DNA of 55,625 nt from Asterionella formosa (lineage: Eukaryota). Positions 1 through 12,959 of this stretch are shown here, piece after piece. A model generated the notes under the pieces. That model made no database searches. It saw nothing but the letters and a program-made list of their open reading frames with translations, and was not told where the DNA came from. Both the position numbers and the translations under genes were made by a program. Every line of letters starts with the position of its first letter. Within the stretch, counting starts at the first letter, position 1. Location: positions 1-55,625 of the forward strand of contig NKIB01013557.1 in the NCBI GenBank assembly GCA_002256025.1, given 5' to 3'.

Positions 1-436
1 AGTTGCAACATGAATGCATCACACACTGGCTTCCTTCTTGTCCTTGAAATGACTTGCTTCTTCATTGACCTGCAGAGATTTTCATAACAACAGTGTGTCA
101 GTAATGTATATGATAGAACTAGCAACACACAGTTCATTCCGGACCTCATTGTCCCTGCCTGTTGTCAACAACAATGCGTGAGCTGACAAGCCATACTAGC
201 ATTTAGGTACACATCAAGAACACACTCACCATTCAACTGTATTGCAGAGTTCTTTCATTTGAGTCGAGGATTCAATTGACATTGCAGCAACCTATGCAGT
301 TACAGAAACAATGAGAAGGAATGATTTGTTAGCAAGTAGTCATGTTACATTGAAACAACGACACGCAATTCCATCGTATCCTCTTGCTTCACTTACCACA
401 AATCAATGCAACTGATGCATAAGTCTGTAATAGTAA

Positions 437-469
437 CTCAACTGGACTCCTAGTAGGAGTCCAGTTGAG
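437..469. repeat. Perfect 16-bp inverted repeat with 1-nt loop
   Basis: CTCAACTGGACTCCTA-G-TAGGAGTCCAGTTGAG. It sits where a transposase fragment is truncated and joined to repeat-family sequence. Confidence 0.95.
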
Positions 470-780
470 ACAGAGATCGGTGTACGCATTTTAGCAAGCT
501 GAGAGATGACTGGGACAATGTAGGGCTTGACTGCAATCATTGGAGAGGGAGTTCCTTGTTTCACAATTCCTGGTGCTGGGTTTGAAGTTTTATTCTTGAG
601 TCTACTTCGGATGGTTTCAATTTTTATTGATGTTGATGGTTGAATGTCGAATTCCTTTTTGGCAGCACCTATGATTTTGGTAAATTCTCCTTTCTTGACT
701 CATTTTTTTGTTGTAACTGACAGCTCTGTATTGGTTGGTTACATGGTAGGTTGCTAATTTAATACGTTGCTGGTAGTCTC
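454..780 (-). pseudogene. N-terminal fragment of a pogo/Fot1-like (Tc1-mariner superfamily) transposase
   Basis: Minus-strand translation reads K*VKKGEFTKIIGAAKKEFDIQPSTSIKIETIRSRLKNK...GTPSPMIAVKPYIVPVISQLAKMRTPISVSTGLLL. This resembles the HTH/CENP-B-type N-terminus of stramenopile pogo-like transposases. It contains a stop and no DDE domain; boundaries are approximate. Confidence 0.5.
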
Positions 781-1725
781 TTGAAAATGCCATGGTGCTG
801 TGTTTGGGACGACCACTTGCTCCTCTGGTGCTGGAGGAAATCGCGTGGTCTCAACTGCAGCACTATTTTCATTTGTACTAAGAACCGGTAATAAGATCTG
901 AAAAAATGGTATATTGTGATGGTCTCCAAAGCATTTCAGGATGCATACTGTATGTGTTGACAGTACAAAATCACTTAATTTCTATGGTGCGAACTATCAT
1001 GCATGTTTTAATTGGGATGGCGCACACAATCGCGCCATAATAATTATCCACCTGAAGAAAAGCGTTAAAAGAAGCTATATTAATTTGGAGTATAAAACTT
1101 TAACAAATATCGTATATGAAGATAAAATGTTGGCCCAGCTAAACGAGGTAATTTTATTTTCTTCCGATGTGCCTCAGTCAACATTTTCGTGGTCGTCGTT
1201 TATCTCAACAACTGGAATACAACATCGATCGGGCGTCAAGACATCATACATGTACATGCGTGAAACAAATGACTTGTTCATAGTAAATATGGTCGTATTG
1301 CTCAAATTGAAAAATTTTGAAGTACAAAATGTAAGATTACCCCGTTATAGTGGTCTTAAGCAGTTTTTGACTGGTACCCTACGACGATCAGTATACAACC
1401 TGACCTTGTTCATGATCATGTCACGACACGTGGTCGACGCCGTAATTCATACCACCGTATGTCTCTTGAAGAGCGATTCAATACGGCTTGTTGCATTGAA
1501 ATAATAATTTTAGTAGCCCACGTAGCGGTGGTACAAAATATTAGCCTTATCTCTATAGGTGTCAGGAACATCACACCAATTTCTTTGCTTTGATCACCTC
1601 ACCATGTTGCTCAATATCGCCGCTGTTTCTTATGCAAAAGTAATTCCCCGAAGGCTTTAGATTTTTTTCTAGTCATGAGTGGAATGCTTTTGGGGAATCA
1701 CTTTTCACCTGATATTCAAAAAGTT

Positions 1726-2215
1726 CGTCTGCAAATAAAAAGTATCATGCATTTAGGATCAAGGGTATTGTATGCTAAGTGGCATAGGATATTGATATAT
1801 ATGAAAATTTTTGGATCAAAACTATGATCAAGGTATCCTGTAACTATGATGATTTATTAATATTTTACCAATCTTGAAGTATAATGATAATTAGAGCATT
1901 ATCAGCATCACACAATGTAAATCAACTGATGAACAGCATTTCTCATCAATATAATGAACCTTCTCATATTATTTTCTGAATGTCGTGCCAAGCAGTGCTT
2001 CGTTTCTTTCCCTGCTGTTAGTGTCATTCTTAACTCGCCGACAATTCCGTTGTTTGATTGGTTTTATTGTCCTATGCAGTTACAGTAACAATGAGAAGGA
2101 ATAACTTGTTAGCTAGTCATGTTACAGTGACACAACATCACGCCATTCCATCGTATCCTCTTGCTTGCTTCACTTACCACAAATCAAAGCAAGTGATGCA
2201 TAAGTCTGTTATAGT
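1726..2215 (+). mobile_element. Terminal arm (end type A) of the CGTCTGCAAATA DNA-transposon family
   Basis: Starts CGTCTGCAAATAAAAAGTATCATGCA. It is colinear with 35595-36990 (minus the MITE there), and its first few hundred bp resemble 52288 onward and, inverted, 29613 backward. Confidence 0.8.
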
Positions 2216-3165
2216 TGATTGTCAGTAAATTCTTGAGTAAGTAAGTTTCAGGTATCCAATATTGTCAAATAATACTTACAGATTCATTTTCGTTAGCTTA
2301 ACTTTGAGAGAAGGTAAAGGGTCCGTCGGTTATGTTCCAACAGAAGTGAATAAGTCCAACAACAAGAGCACTTACCAATTTTGTTTTGTTTTACATTGGT
2401 GCTCCCCAACAAGCTAAATGAGCTTTAGTTTACAATTTGTTGTTGTCCTGCCTCCCAATGATTGTAATGATCCAAGTACCACATTGATGGCTTCATTACC
2501 TTAAAAATACTCCATCCTTCGAAGGCGCAATGTGTCAAAGTCACAATGTTTTTCGTTATTACTTAAACTTTCCTTGTCATATGCTTTACTACTATATTTC
2601 TTTTCATGAAGCAGGCATTGTTTGTCAATATGACAGAACGATTTCAAACAATATATTTGCCATGTATATAGTTATAAAATTTGTAATTATATAAATTTAT
2701 CAAGTGTCGTACATTTATAAAAGTCAAAGGCACTCTCAATATGGCACGTTTGGTATTGTTGAGATGATCATACTATTTGCATATAGATAATTCAAAAATA
2801 TTCAATGCACCATGTGTCCATTGTTTTCCACGACTTCGTGTACCGAGACTGTTTCTGAAACTTGTTTGCATCAATTCTACGTCCGTTGGAACTAATTTTT
2901 TACTGGTAGACCATTCAATTTGTGTAAGTCATAACCCATTTGTTTCATTATTTATAGGCAATGAGGATTTTGGTAGCAAATTGTTTAAGCCCCTTTTTTG
3001 GCTGGAGTTCTTCATGTGTACATCCTATGGTCATAACATTTTATCATATACATAAAGATTACCAGTAGCAGGTAGGAAGTGATATATTGCTTTACAGATA
3101 ATATTTAAAGTACATTTAAACTAACTAAAAATTGCACTTGTGCCGGTGTTGACACCCCGACTAAT

Positions 3166-4159
3166 TCACCTCTGTTTCTTTCGAAGTCTGGGTCTTCTGC
3201 TGTGATTGCATTGCCATAAAGGGACAAGGACGAGGCGGGGTCGTGCACCCCCAATTCCATTCTCTCGTGGTGTAGTGGTACAATAACATGCATTGACCGC
3301 GGAGTTGACTGATTCCACCCATTGGCGTTTTTGGTGTAAGGTGTGGCACTTGATTTGCACCTCTGCTGGGAGAAGAAAAAAGGATTTATCTTCAGCATGA
3401 ACCTTTACTTGGTCCCTTTCGTATCTTGCAAGAATCTTTTCATCGACCTCTTTCATCAATTTTGCCAAATTTTCTTCTTCAGTCTTGCCATATAATTCCT
3501 CGTTCCAATGTATCCAGCAGTCGGTTCCTATCTGCCATAATTCTCTAATAACACTTTCGCTCCAACTGCCTTGCAGTTGGGGCTGTGGTTTTCCCAGACC
3601 TCTTTCATTATGATACTCCCTTGTGGCCCTGTTCTAATTTTTACAGATTCTTCCATGGAAGGCTTGATCCCATCCTATGTCAATTTGGTTCACAAAGGCC
3701 TCAAACGTAAGCCTCCCCACTTTGTCCATGGGTATTGGTCCGACCCATCGCGCTGGTTCATTGTTAAGCCACTGATCAATGCCTATCTTGAATTTTTGTG
3801 CTGTATATGGGCAAGAGTGTTCTCTTGAGACACAACTCATTAAACTGCTGCATCAACTTATTCCTGTAGGGTATTGCTTGCTGGCATCGAAGGATATGGT
3901 AAAAATCTTCATTAAAGCGTTTACAGCGGAAGCACCAATTGTCCACTGTCCTATCGTATTTGCTGCGATGTTTAAAGGTCACCAAGAATTCGAATTCCAG
4001 TTTAAATATTGTCATCTTCTTGGATCCCCTTAAGTTTTTGCTAGCATGATTTCGAGCTTCCCAATCTACCATGTCAAACACAAAATGGGTGTCCCATCCT
4101 GCGAGTTTCATGATATGCTTTTTCATTTCTTCTTGGTACATTGCATTACGGACTGCCAT
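3166..4159 (-). pseudogene. LINE ORF2 C-terminus with zinc knuckle
   Basis: VDWEA...CFRCKRFNEDFYHILRC (CxxC...H...C), then QIDIGWDQAFHGRI in another frame; frameshifted. Confidence 0.8.
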
Positions 4160-4231
4160 TGGTAAGTGAGAGGTAATGTATGTTGTTCCGATTTGTAAGG
4201 TGGCTTTGTGTCCGGGTGGTAGAGTGTAGGG

Positions 4232-5113
4232 TCAGGAGACCCCCTTGCATGTTGTGCATCTTCTGACTTGCTGAGCTGCTTGAAGATCACAGTCGACATT
4301 CAGTTTGGCCTGCCAAGGTAATAAGTCATATGGGCAGTCGTCGTCTTGATGGGCCTTGACGTGATGCGGTACCAAATTAATCTGTAACTCATCTGCTAGT
4401 TTCATTGTTGCTTGAATAAGGTCGTAGTCGGTGAGAAGCGTACTGGAGGGGCCGCCATGTCTCCACTGATTTATCCGGGAGATAAGCGCAGAGTTATCCA
4501 TGTTAACATCAAGGGTAATTTGTGACAAGCAAATCGAAGTGGGGTCAAGTTGTAAAATATGTGAGATGGCTGCCATGCCGCCTAAAAGTCCCCCCATCTC
4601 GGGTCGTAGTGAGGACATATCTTGGCCCCCGCTGCTTGTGACCCACCCATGCCCATAAGCCTGTGTTTTTGATTGGCGATCATATAACTTCCAACCATGC
4701 GAGGCACTCTCCGGGTTGGCAATTAAGGAGCCATCAGAGGCCAAGACTACATGGCCAGAAACTTGGTTTTCCCTGAAGAGAGCCAGGTCCCTGGGAAGAA
4801 CAAAGTCCCCCATCGCCTGTTCCAGGAAAGGTTTGGAAGTGTTTGAGGAGTGTTGAGTTTGTGATAGCAGCCCTTGTTTTAATCCACAATACTGTCCAAA
4901 GGTTCGAGGAAATCCGCCTGTCCGGGGATGTCCTGTTATCTCATAAAACTTGGTGGAAGTTTTATGAAGTGAAACTGGAATTAAGTGCTGAGGTCGTGTA
5001 AAAGTCACATTATATGTACGAGAGTAAACTCGTGCTGAGTGGCATTGTTGATGAACCAAAAAGATACCTTCCTCTTTTTGTTGAGGGATTAAATCCATAG
5101 TTGTCCCATCCAA
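4232..5113 (-). pseudogene. LINE ORF2 RNase H domain
   Basis: Motifs LASDGS, SSLRPEMGG, MDNSALI, DYDLI, HVKAHQD and LNVDCD give the D-E-D-H-D set of RNase HI. Confidence 0.9.
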
Positions 5114-5488
5114 ATGGAACCTCCATTTTTGATGCTTACAGGCTTGGGTTAGCCAAAAGTCGCCAACGGTTTTCGAAGTTTATACGTTGCGTTTGATGTA
5201 CATAAGCATCTTAAAAGCATCTTCTTCCATAGCCTCCATGCTAAGGGGGAAGGGCGATCCTGCTTAGTTCATTCCAACGTGCTAGTTCTATCAGGACAAC
5301 GCCGTCCCTGGAGATAGTCCACAATGATCTTGGTGCCAGGTAGAGCCATCTGTTAGGTCTGATACAGTTATTACCTGTTGGAACAAGCGACATGCATTCA
5401 GTCGCTTTAACTCTTTGGGCTGCAGATTTAGATGTTTACAGTGGAAAATGTCCATAATGCACTTGCCTTTTGTCTGTTGTGGTTGTAG

Positions 5489-8217
5489 TTACCAGGCATC
5501 CTCTATGTGGATTGTTGCCTTTATGTGGTTGGTGAAATTCCACAAGGATGTCAGCCAATTTGGTTCAATATATTTCAGGGGATAATCTATATTGCTGGAA
5601 AGGAAAGGTTTTCCGGAAACACCCATCTGAAGTTGCACTTTTTCAAGTAGGATGTGCATGTGCATGAGCTGAGCAAGCTCGTTGTCATGACGGAGTTGCC
5701 CCAAGAACATTTGAAGATGTGCGATACCTTGGTCGGTATATGTGTCAGTGAAACCAAAATCACCCAGGTTTGGCGGGCCGTAGAACAGAAGTCGTTTAGT
5801 AATTTTGTTAAAGCCCATGCGCGTTAACAGAGTGGGCATATAAGATCTGTCTATTTGTGGACACTGTTGAAAGGTGAAGGTTGAGGAGCACAGAAGGTAT
5901 TTCATTGCTGGTTGGAGCATTGTTTGGTAGGCAACGAGAATCTCGTGACACTGTAGTCGTGACACTGTAGTTTAGATGCAGAGATATTACAACTCATGGT
6001 CCTCCCACACTGGACTAATTTCTTGTATTCATCTTGGTTATTGCCCTCCGGAGATAGCATTGCGCCAAGGTTACGGGGACCATCTTTAGCGTCTTTTTGA
6101 GGAATTTTTGTTAGAGCACTATAAACATTCCCAGATGTTAGGTTAATTTCGACATTTGTTTCATCTTTGCTCGTTAATGAATATTCATCATTATAAATAT
6201 TCCAATCCAGAGCCATAAAAAAGCACTTTTCTAATGCCAAAGCTCCCCCTGTGGTGTATAACAACTGTTCCCAGAACTGTGCTATATCCTCCATTTCCGC
6301 TGCTAGGTGATATAATGTTTTATTGTCAATGGCAAGGATGATCTCAGTGTCATCCACATAAGTTTCTGCTGCCCGTGATTGGCTTCTTGTTCTTCTGGGA
6401 TTGCTGAAAGACAAACCTGGAGACCTTCTCGAAATTGCTCCTAATAACACACATTTAATTGCTAGCCATAGGCTTGGAGATGCCCCCGACCCCTGTAATG
6501 TGCCAAGGACCCAGTCCTGAACATTGGAGAAGGAATCTTCAGAAATCCCAAGAGCTGTCCTCACCCTGTATTTCATGGGCTCAAGAGTACTAAGGAGTGC
6601 TTTGACAGAGTATTCACTGGCACCCAGGCGTCTCAATGCTATAGCGCCAACTGAGGGAAACCAGCAAATATTCAAACGAATAAAGAATGCAGTTTGACAA
6701 TTACCAAAGTAAGACGCAAATCAATAACAGATTAGTATAGTTTCAATTATATGTCTCATAATCATTGGGCATTGTCTGCAAAAGCGCACTAGCCTGTCTA
6801 ACATCCACCAAACAGCAGCAAGACGAGAAGACCCTCATCATTCAGATATACCTGACTGTGGAATGAACACATCGCCCAAAAACCCTTATTATGCCAAAAG
6901 AAGAATCGCTACACCGCAGCATGACTCGCCATCAACCAACTGCCAAAAGAGACCCAACCACATCCGCTTGGACCCAATCCGGCAGCAAGTTACAAATCGA
7001 ATCGTCAATACAAAAATGAAGGGGGGGACCCGGAAACCCATCAGATACTTGAATACCACAGCCTCACCATCACACGTACGTCAAACATTTGAATACCCAA
7101 TGACACTGCACCCCTGGCACCAGGGAGCAAGGGCACATGAGAAATGCATAATTCTCACACCAACTGATGAAATCATCCGGTCAAAAGCAGCTTTCCCATC
7201 ATTGCTAAAAATTATCGCAACCTTCTTGCATATCCGGATCCCATCGTATGTCAGCCTTTTCATTGTAATTGCATCCAAAGAAGATCGGTTGGGTCTTGAT
7301 CCCCGTTGTAAGGGTAAATTTGTTTTCCGGTCCTCTGCCCGATGTATGAGTCGGCGGCCAAAGACTGTTCTTAATACCATGTTTAAGTCAGCCTCTATTA
7401 GCTGAATAACCCTCAGCTTGTCCAATCTGGGGGTCCCCACTACCTTCTCGAGCATCACCTGTAATGCATTGGTCCACCTTTCCAACGTGAAACCATACTC
7501 AAAAGTAAGGGACATCACAGTCGAGTATACAAAGCTAAGGGAATTGGATGTCAAAGCAGCGCGATAGTGTCCTAAGTGTTGCCCACTTGGTGCGGAAGAT
7601 GTTTTCTCCGACGCCTTACAAAAGCCTGATTTATAGTCTTCAAGTGAAATCGCCGCTGAGACTGTATCTGTTCTATTCTCCTGTTGGGGGTATGCCATTT
7701 CCTTTACAGATGTCAGGATTGCCTCATTAAAGGCGAAGTCTGATAGGTCAACCTTGCCAGTTAGAATTGAGTCAGAGAAATGGTTAAATTGAAATGGATG
7801 CACCTGACTTCCAAAAGGTCCCTCAACGAACAGGGTAGTGCTTTCTTGTGCAAAATGACGTATATTACGTTGAAGTATCTGGCTAAACATTTCACTGGAT
7901 TCTGTGATGGTTTGAAATGATGTGATTTCTCCAGTCTCATCATATATAGGTTTCTCAATTCTATTCAGACTTGTGCGGATCTCTCCTTTTACATAACTCC
8001 TCAGTCTTGGCCATAACTTTGTCTTATATTCAGCGGATAGGATAGCCCAAAGCTTTTCTGCTTTAGGTTTATTCCCCTGGAGCATCTCTGCCTCAACCCG
8101 TTTGTCCGGATATTGCTTTCGAAGGACTCTTGAATTATCTTGAACTAAGTTTAATTTGAACCATGCATCCTCGAGTTTATTACGTAGAAAAGTAGTATTG
8201 GGGTTGATAGTTGTCAT
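5489..8217 (-). pseudogene. LINE ORF2 reverse transcriptase, interrupted by a 0.5 kb insertion
   Basis: Motifs SGQHLGHY, MLEKVVGTPRLDKLRVIQLIEADLN, NDGKAAFDRM, GTLQGSGASPSLW, TYVDD and LYTTGGALALEKC. The domain is split over ORFs 7081-8217, 5902-6675 and 5489-5965. Confidence 0.95.
6660..7157. mobile_element. Secondary insertion inside the LINE RT
   Basis: The RT motif FDRMI-PSVG-AIALRRLG is split. The flanks carry an imperfect direct repeat, CGCCAACTGAGGGAA (6645-6659) and CACCAACTGATGAAA (7158-7172). Confidence 0.7.
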
Positions 8218-9430
8218 GCCATACAGCTGCCTTTTTTTAGTGGAATATTACTTGTCAGATTGTGTCCTGCTTTATGACATCGCAAACAATCTCTCCAAAA
8301 GGTAACTTCTCTTCCTGCTGATGCTAGCTCAGGGGACCAGCCATATCCGAAGTTTTTGCGGGAGACTTTCTTTTCTGCATTTAAGACAGCATGAGTAATT
8401 TGGTAGTCAATTCTGTCAGCCTCTTGTTTGAATAATTTAACTTCCATAGTTGGTGCTGATTCCCTCAATTTCATACATTTTTCATAAATGTTGTGTTCTG
8501 TAAAGTGGCTGTGAACTATTTCCAGGTATGCTTTTGTTTGTTCTTTATTCTTGGTCCTCAGGGCCCGATTTTTCCGTGCTGTTGGGTCAGAAGAACCTTT
8601 GTCCACGACAAAAACATCTGTCTCTTTTATGTCAATGAATAACCCTCTGTTATCCGAGAATTTCAGTCCATCGTCGTAAGTGGTGAGTCCACCTTTGGTT
8701 ACTGATGACGAGATTTTCATTGATCCCAAAATGTAGTCTATTTTTCGGTTCCCCCTATTGCATGTCGGAGGTGTTTGGATTGAGTGTAAGTCTTCGTGAA
8801 GATCCAGTAGCTGTGTAGATTCCATGAAAGTGGTAAACTCTTCATCTTCGTAGTCGGAATTTGCATCCATCATAAGAATGACCTCATCCCCCTTTTCTTG
8901 GAACCCTTGTATTTGTCGATGTATATCTATCCATAATTGATGTCTTGGATTACAGTTACCATCCGACATTGGCTTGAGTTTCCTCCATTGCTGCATATAT
9001 GTTGTCTCCATCCCAAGGCCCTGGTGTGTTTTATGACTCACTTGGTAGGCAGTGAGAATTGCTAAATTGAAATCATCATTAGCTTTAAAACGCATCCATG
9101 CCCATCTCCCCAGTTCCTGGTCTGATCCTTGTTCCAGCAATCTAGAAAATAGACGAGATGTGCAGGTCATGCTTACGCCTCCACGTTGCAAAATCGCCTC
9201 ATACCCTTGGTTGCAAGATGTACGAGAGAAACTCATCTCTGTATGTCCTCTGGTCATTTTGGCTTCCCACTTGTCTCGAAAGGTATAGTTTCTCCAATTG
9301 ACGTTGGTTTCACACATCCCAGTTAAGTGACCTCTCAGCCGCATGTTGTTGCTTTGGATCTCTGCGTGTACATGGTCATAAGTCGTGATACCATTGACAT
9401 TTTGAAACACTAAGCGAATGTCGTCTTCAT
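8214..9430 (-). pseudogene. LINE ORF2 apurinic/apyrimidinic-like endonuclease domain
   Basis: Motifs FQNVNG, GMCETNVNW, LGRWAW, ILMMDAN, KIDYILG and SDNRGLFID (SDH motif with H changed to N). Confidence 0.93.
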
Positions 9431-9706
9431 GTAAGTCTTCTGGTGTGTCTCCCCGTGCCGCTAAACCTGCGGCAGATACATGCGTTCCTTCCCTTTTGCT
9501 AGGGCTGTCGTTCTGCCCACCTCCTCTGGCAGTGGCCTCCTGTTGGTGTCGTGCACAATTTTTGTTTTGGTTCCTATTGCAGTTGATTGTGTTTGAGGTT
9601 TATGATCTGTTGTTTATGTTGGTATTTATGCTTTGTTGAGATAATTGACAATCCCTTGAAGAGGAGGGGCAACCCATGGGATCTTTGCTAATTAAATGTA
9701 AGGGAC

Positions 9707-10273
9707 TCATGATCCCTTGCGCACGTGACTTGCTTCGTCCGTGCGATTCTGATGATTGGTTGTCAAGGAGTTCAGGGAATTCTGAGTTGATTGGTAGTTC
9801 TCAGTTCTTGTTGGTGTGTTTAGTTGCAAGTTATGGAGTTGCTTCATCATTTCAAACATTTGGAATAATGTCTTGTGGATTTCCTTTGTTTCTGTTTGGA
9901 GGGTCTGTACTTTTATTGACAACTCCACCTGAGTTCCACTAAGCTGTTTCCCTCTGTTGTTGCTGGTGTCAAGACTTCTAACAAGTGTGTAATGTTGCGC
10001 GGTGGAACTGCTGGAAACTGTTGATTCTTTGTTGGTGTTCTGATTTACTCCCAAAGTGAAAATTTTTGTAAAAGAGTTTAGAGTGTGCTGGATTTTTCTT
10101 GATAATCCGCCTACAACTTAGTCATGTGCTGGCGCTCTCGTCACTGCTCTTGCTCAGGTCACTTTCATGATCGTATTCTCTGTTGGAACCCCATTGAATC
10201 CTTGCTTTCTTTGACTTTGGTCTTTCCTGGTGTCTCTCTGGACCTGTAACTACCATAGGAAGCTACCCAGTGA
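9707..10273 (-). pseudogene. 3' remnant of LINE ORF1 (coiled-coil and low complexity)
   Basis: ORF 9707-10054 contains the heptad-like VELSIKVQTLQTETKEIHKTLFQMFEMMKQL. It lies directly upstream of ORF2 and inside the TSDs. Confidence 0.5.
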
Positions 10274-10294
10274 TAGGAAGTGATATACTGGGGT

Positions 10295-10565
10295 TAGTCT
10301 GAGTAGTAACTGAGCAACAGAACACCATATGTTCAGGCCTGTTGCTACTACAGCGGGACAGTAAATCATCACATTTTCAGAATTGTATGATTGTAAAATT
10401 GAAAGGGGATAGTTGGAGTAGTAAGCAAGCAACAGAACACCATATGTTCAGGACTATTGCTACTTCAGTGGCACAGTATATCATCATAGTTCAGGATCAT
10501 ATGATTGTGTAATTGTAGGGTAGTCGGAGTAGTAAGTGAGCAACAGAACTGTGCGTTGCTACTAC
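10295..10565. repeat. Tandem repeat, unit about 115 bp, about 2.5 copies
   Basis: GAGTAGTAA...GCAACAGAAC recurs near 10301, 10417 and 10527. The reverse complement occurs at 37140-37335. Confidence 0.85.
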
Positions 10566-10752
10566 TCAACCTTGGTTCTGATTTTGTAAATGATAATGTA
10601 AGTAGCACTGTTGGTCTTATGGTATCATATCTAGACAGCGTAAAATATTATATCATGCACTGGCTGATGATTCATTTCATTGTGCATAGCAACACCAGAT
10701 TTCAGATCATCGAACTTTAAGCAAGACAACGACAGCAGTTATCTAGTAGTAC

Positions 10753-12611
10753 AATGTCTTCAAAAACCCATAACACATGGAAACAAGCGACATGCGGCAA
10801 ATACTGCCGGTATGGAACAAAGAAGCAAGTACCAAAATGAGTTAACAAAAAAACCAATTGGCGGCCGAAAATCCAAAAGAACCCAATCGGCGACAGGGAG
10901 TTAGTACTGGTTCTACCCCATTGTCGATGGGGACACCATCAGCTACACACGATCCCCTAATTGACACTGAAAGCAATGATGACATTTCTTCTTCAGTTGT
11001 TGCTACAGGAAAAATGGCTCTTAATAACTCCCGGATGCAGATGGGGGGGGGGGGGGCCCCGCCCCTTCAAACCTCGTCCATACAGGGTTATCAATTTTAG
11101 CAGCCTTATCAGAACGTCGTTCCCACTTAGCTAAAGTTGAACCATCAATTGTGACAAATGTTATGAGTTTTATTTTCAAGACCAAGAGGTTTTCCTGTGG
11201 ACATGTAAGTTTGATGTTATAGTTCGTGATTTGCGGGTACTGTAAAACAGAATATCAATCTAATCTGCTTTTTTCTGGTCCCAAAAGAGAAATAAACATC
11301 CTGCCCTATCTGGTCCAAGTAGTATGAAAGGCATTTTCAATCACAAACAGGATTGGTTTGCCCAATGTTGCCTAACTCGGCTGTACACAGTGAAACCAGA
11401 GTTAGGCAAAGAATTGGAGAGTGACCCAAAGCTTGCCGATTTCATATGGAATGGTTCTGATGCACTACTTCCAATGAATCAGACCATTGAACGTACCAAA
11501 AAGGCATGTTTAGATTACATCAAATCAACATTTGGTGGCATGTGCATGAAAAAGTTGAGCGAGAGAATGTCAGAATGTATTGAATAATCAATTTAAAGGA
11601 ATCTTAGGTAAGTTGCTTCTTGCAGGGAGATGCACCGAAAGCATGATGTTTTGATTTGGTGAATATATTCTTATCAAATATGTTTCAATTTATAAATGCT
11701 AACATATTTCATGACACACCAGATGGTCTAACAGAATATAGCTAACTTCCAGACTATGGATATTGATGACTCTATTAGGTGGGCGTTCAAGCTTTATCAT
11801 TTTGCGCAGTCAAAGGACATTGACAGGGGAAGCCAAGGATACCAAGTCTGGCGTGATGTTCTTGCTCCAGTGTATTTTATAGGCAGGACAAGAAGAGGAG
11901 AATCAATTTTAAGAGGAAAAAATCTGGTGTGACCAAGCCAAATTTCAAGTCAGTCTTCGGGCACATTGTAAATTGCAATCAAGTTTTGTTGGATTGCTGA
12001 TCAATGCTAGTACAGAAGACTTTTGCTTGTTGGTTCTGAAAGGAAAATTCCGATTGCAACAAAAATATTTGGGTTTCAATCCAGATACGCATGAAATTTC
12101 AGAGAACGATCTTCGTCATTCTACTGATTTTGTCGACATTGGTGGGAAACCACTTATCAAGAAAGTGTGAGGGAAGAAAGTTCAGTTTCAAATGGTTTCA
12201 CTGATCAATGGACTGATGATTTTTTTTGGTTCGCTGATCAACGCCAGTACAGAAGCATTATGCTTCATGGTGCTGAAAAGAAAATTCCGATTGCAACCAA
12301 ATATTTGGTCTTTGGGTTTCAATCCAGATACTCATGAAATTTAATTCTACTTATTTTGCCGACATTTTTGGGAAAACATTTATCAAAAAAGTGTGAGGGA
12401 AGAAAGTTCAGTTTCAAATGGTCTCCCTGATCAATGGGACACTGGAGGCTCACAGAAGAATCGATCTGAATATGAAAGGAACAATCCTACTAGTGGAATT
12501 GCTACTTCCACCACAAATATCATCTACCCACACTCATACTTCTCATTTCCAAACCTAAGTGAAGAGGATATGCATCAATATGTTAAACCACTTCAATCAA
12601 TGGGACATTGA
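10753..12611 (+). pseudogene. Decayed spliced gene of unknown function, upstream of a Plavaka-like transposase
   Basis: Chain of protein-like plus-strand ORFs (10858, 11324, 11973, 12393) with a GTAAGT...CAG intron near 11608-11721. Part of it (about 11805-11865) recurs inverted near 39718-39778, next to another transposase copy. Confidence 0.5.
11985..12440 (+). repeat. Tandem duplication of about 215 bp
   Basis: GCTGATCAA(T/C)GC(T/C)AGTACAGAAG...GTGTGAGGGAAGAAAGTTCAGTTTCAAATGGT occurs twice (about 11995-12215 and 12233-12440). Confidence 0.9.
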
Positions 12612-12959
12612 TGACGATGTTGATTTTGAATGGATTAAATAGAAATTTATTTCATATTTAGTTACATAATAAATATAGTTAGTGCGACTTCAACAATTCA
12701 AACCTTATCATAAATGTTAAGAAAACATTGATCTATACCTCTAGTAGTTCCGCCTTAACTATATGTAGCGGTATTCCTCCAATTGGACTATTATGGTGGA
12801 GTGATAATTTCACCAATCTGTATTGGTCAGCACAGTAGCATGTCCAGCACAGCATGATTGGAGTGATGCTAAATTTATTATAATTAATTCATTTTCATTC
12901 CATCCTGTTCATATCCTGACTTTGCCATGATTTGAAATTTGCAATGTCTTTGCAGACAT

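Larger units (their letters stand above)
3087..10273 (-). mobile_element. Non-LTR retrotransposon (APE-RT-RNase H, Ambal-like), 5'-truncated and degenerate
   Basis: Domain order on the minus strand is APE, RT, RNase H, Cys/His knuckle. It is flanked by the 14-bp direct repeat TAGGAAGTGATATA (3073-3086 and 10274-10287). The uninterrupted site is present, reverse-complemented, near 37337-37350. Confidence 0.92.

Noticed and set aside
941..1504. 187-aa plus-strand ORF
   Set aside because: No recognisable motif and atypical composition; it lies in the upstream region of the minus-strand transposase fragment.
6863..7405. 180-aa plus-strand ORF
   Set aside because: It is a chimera of the 0.5 kb insert and the antisense of the RT.
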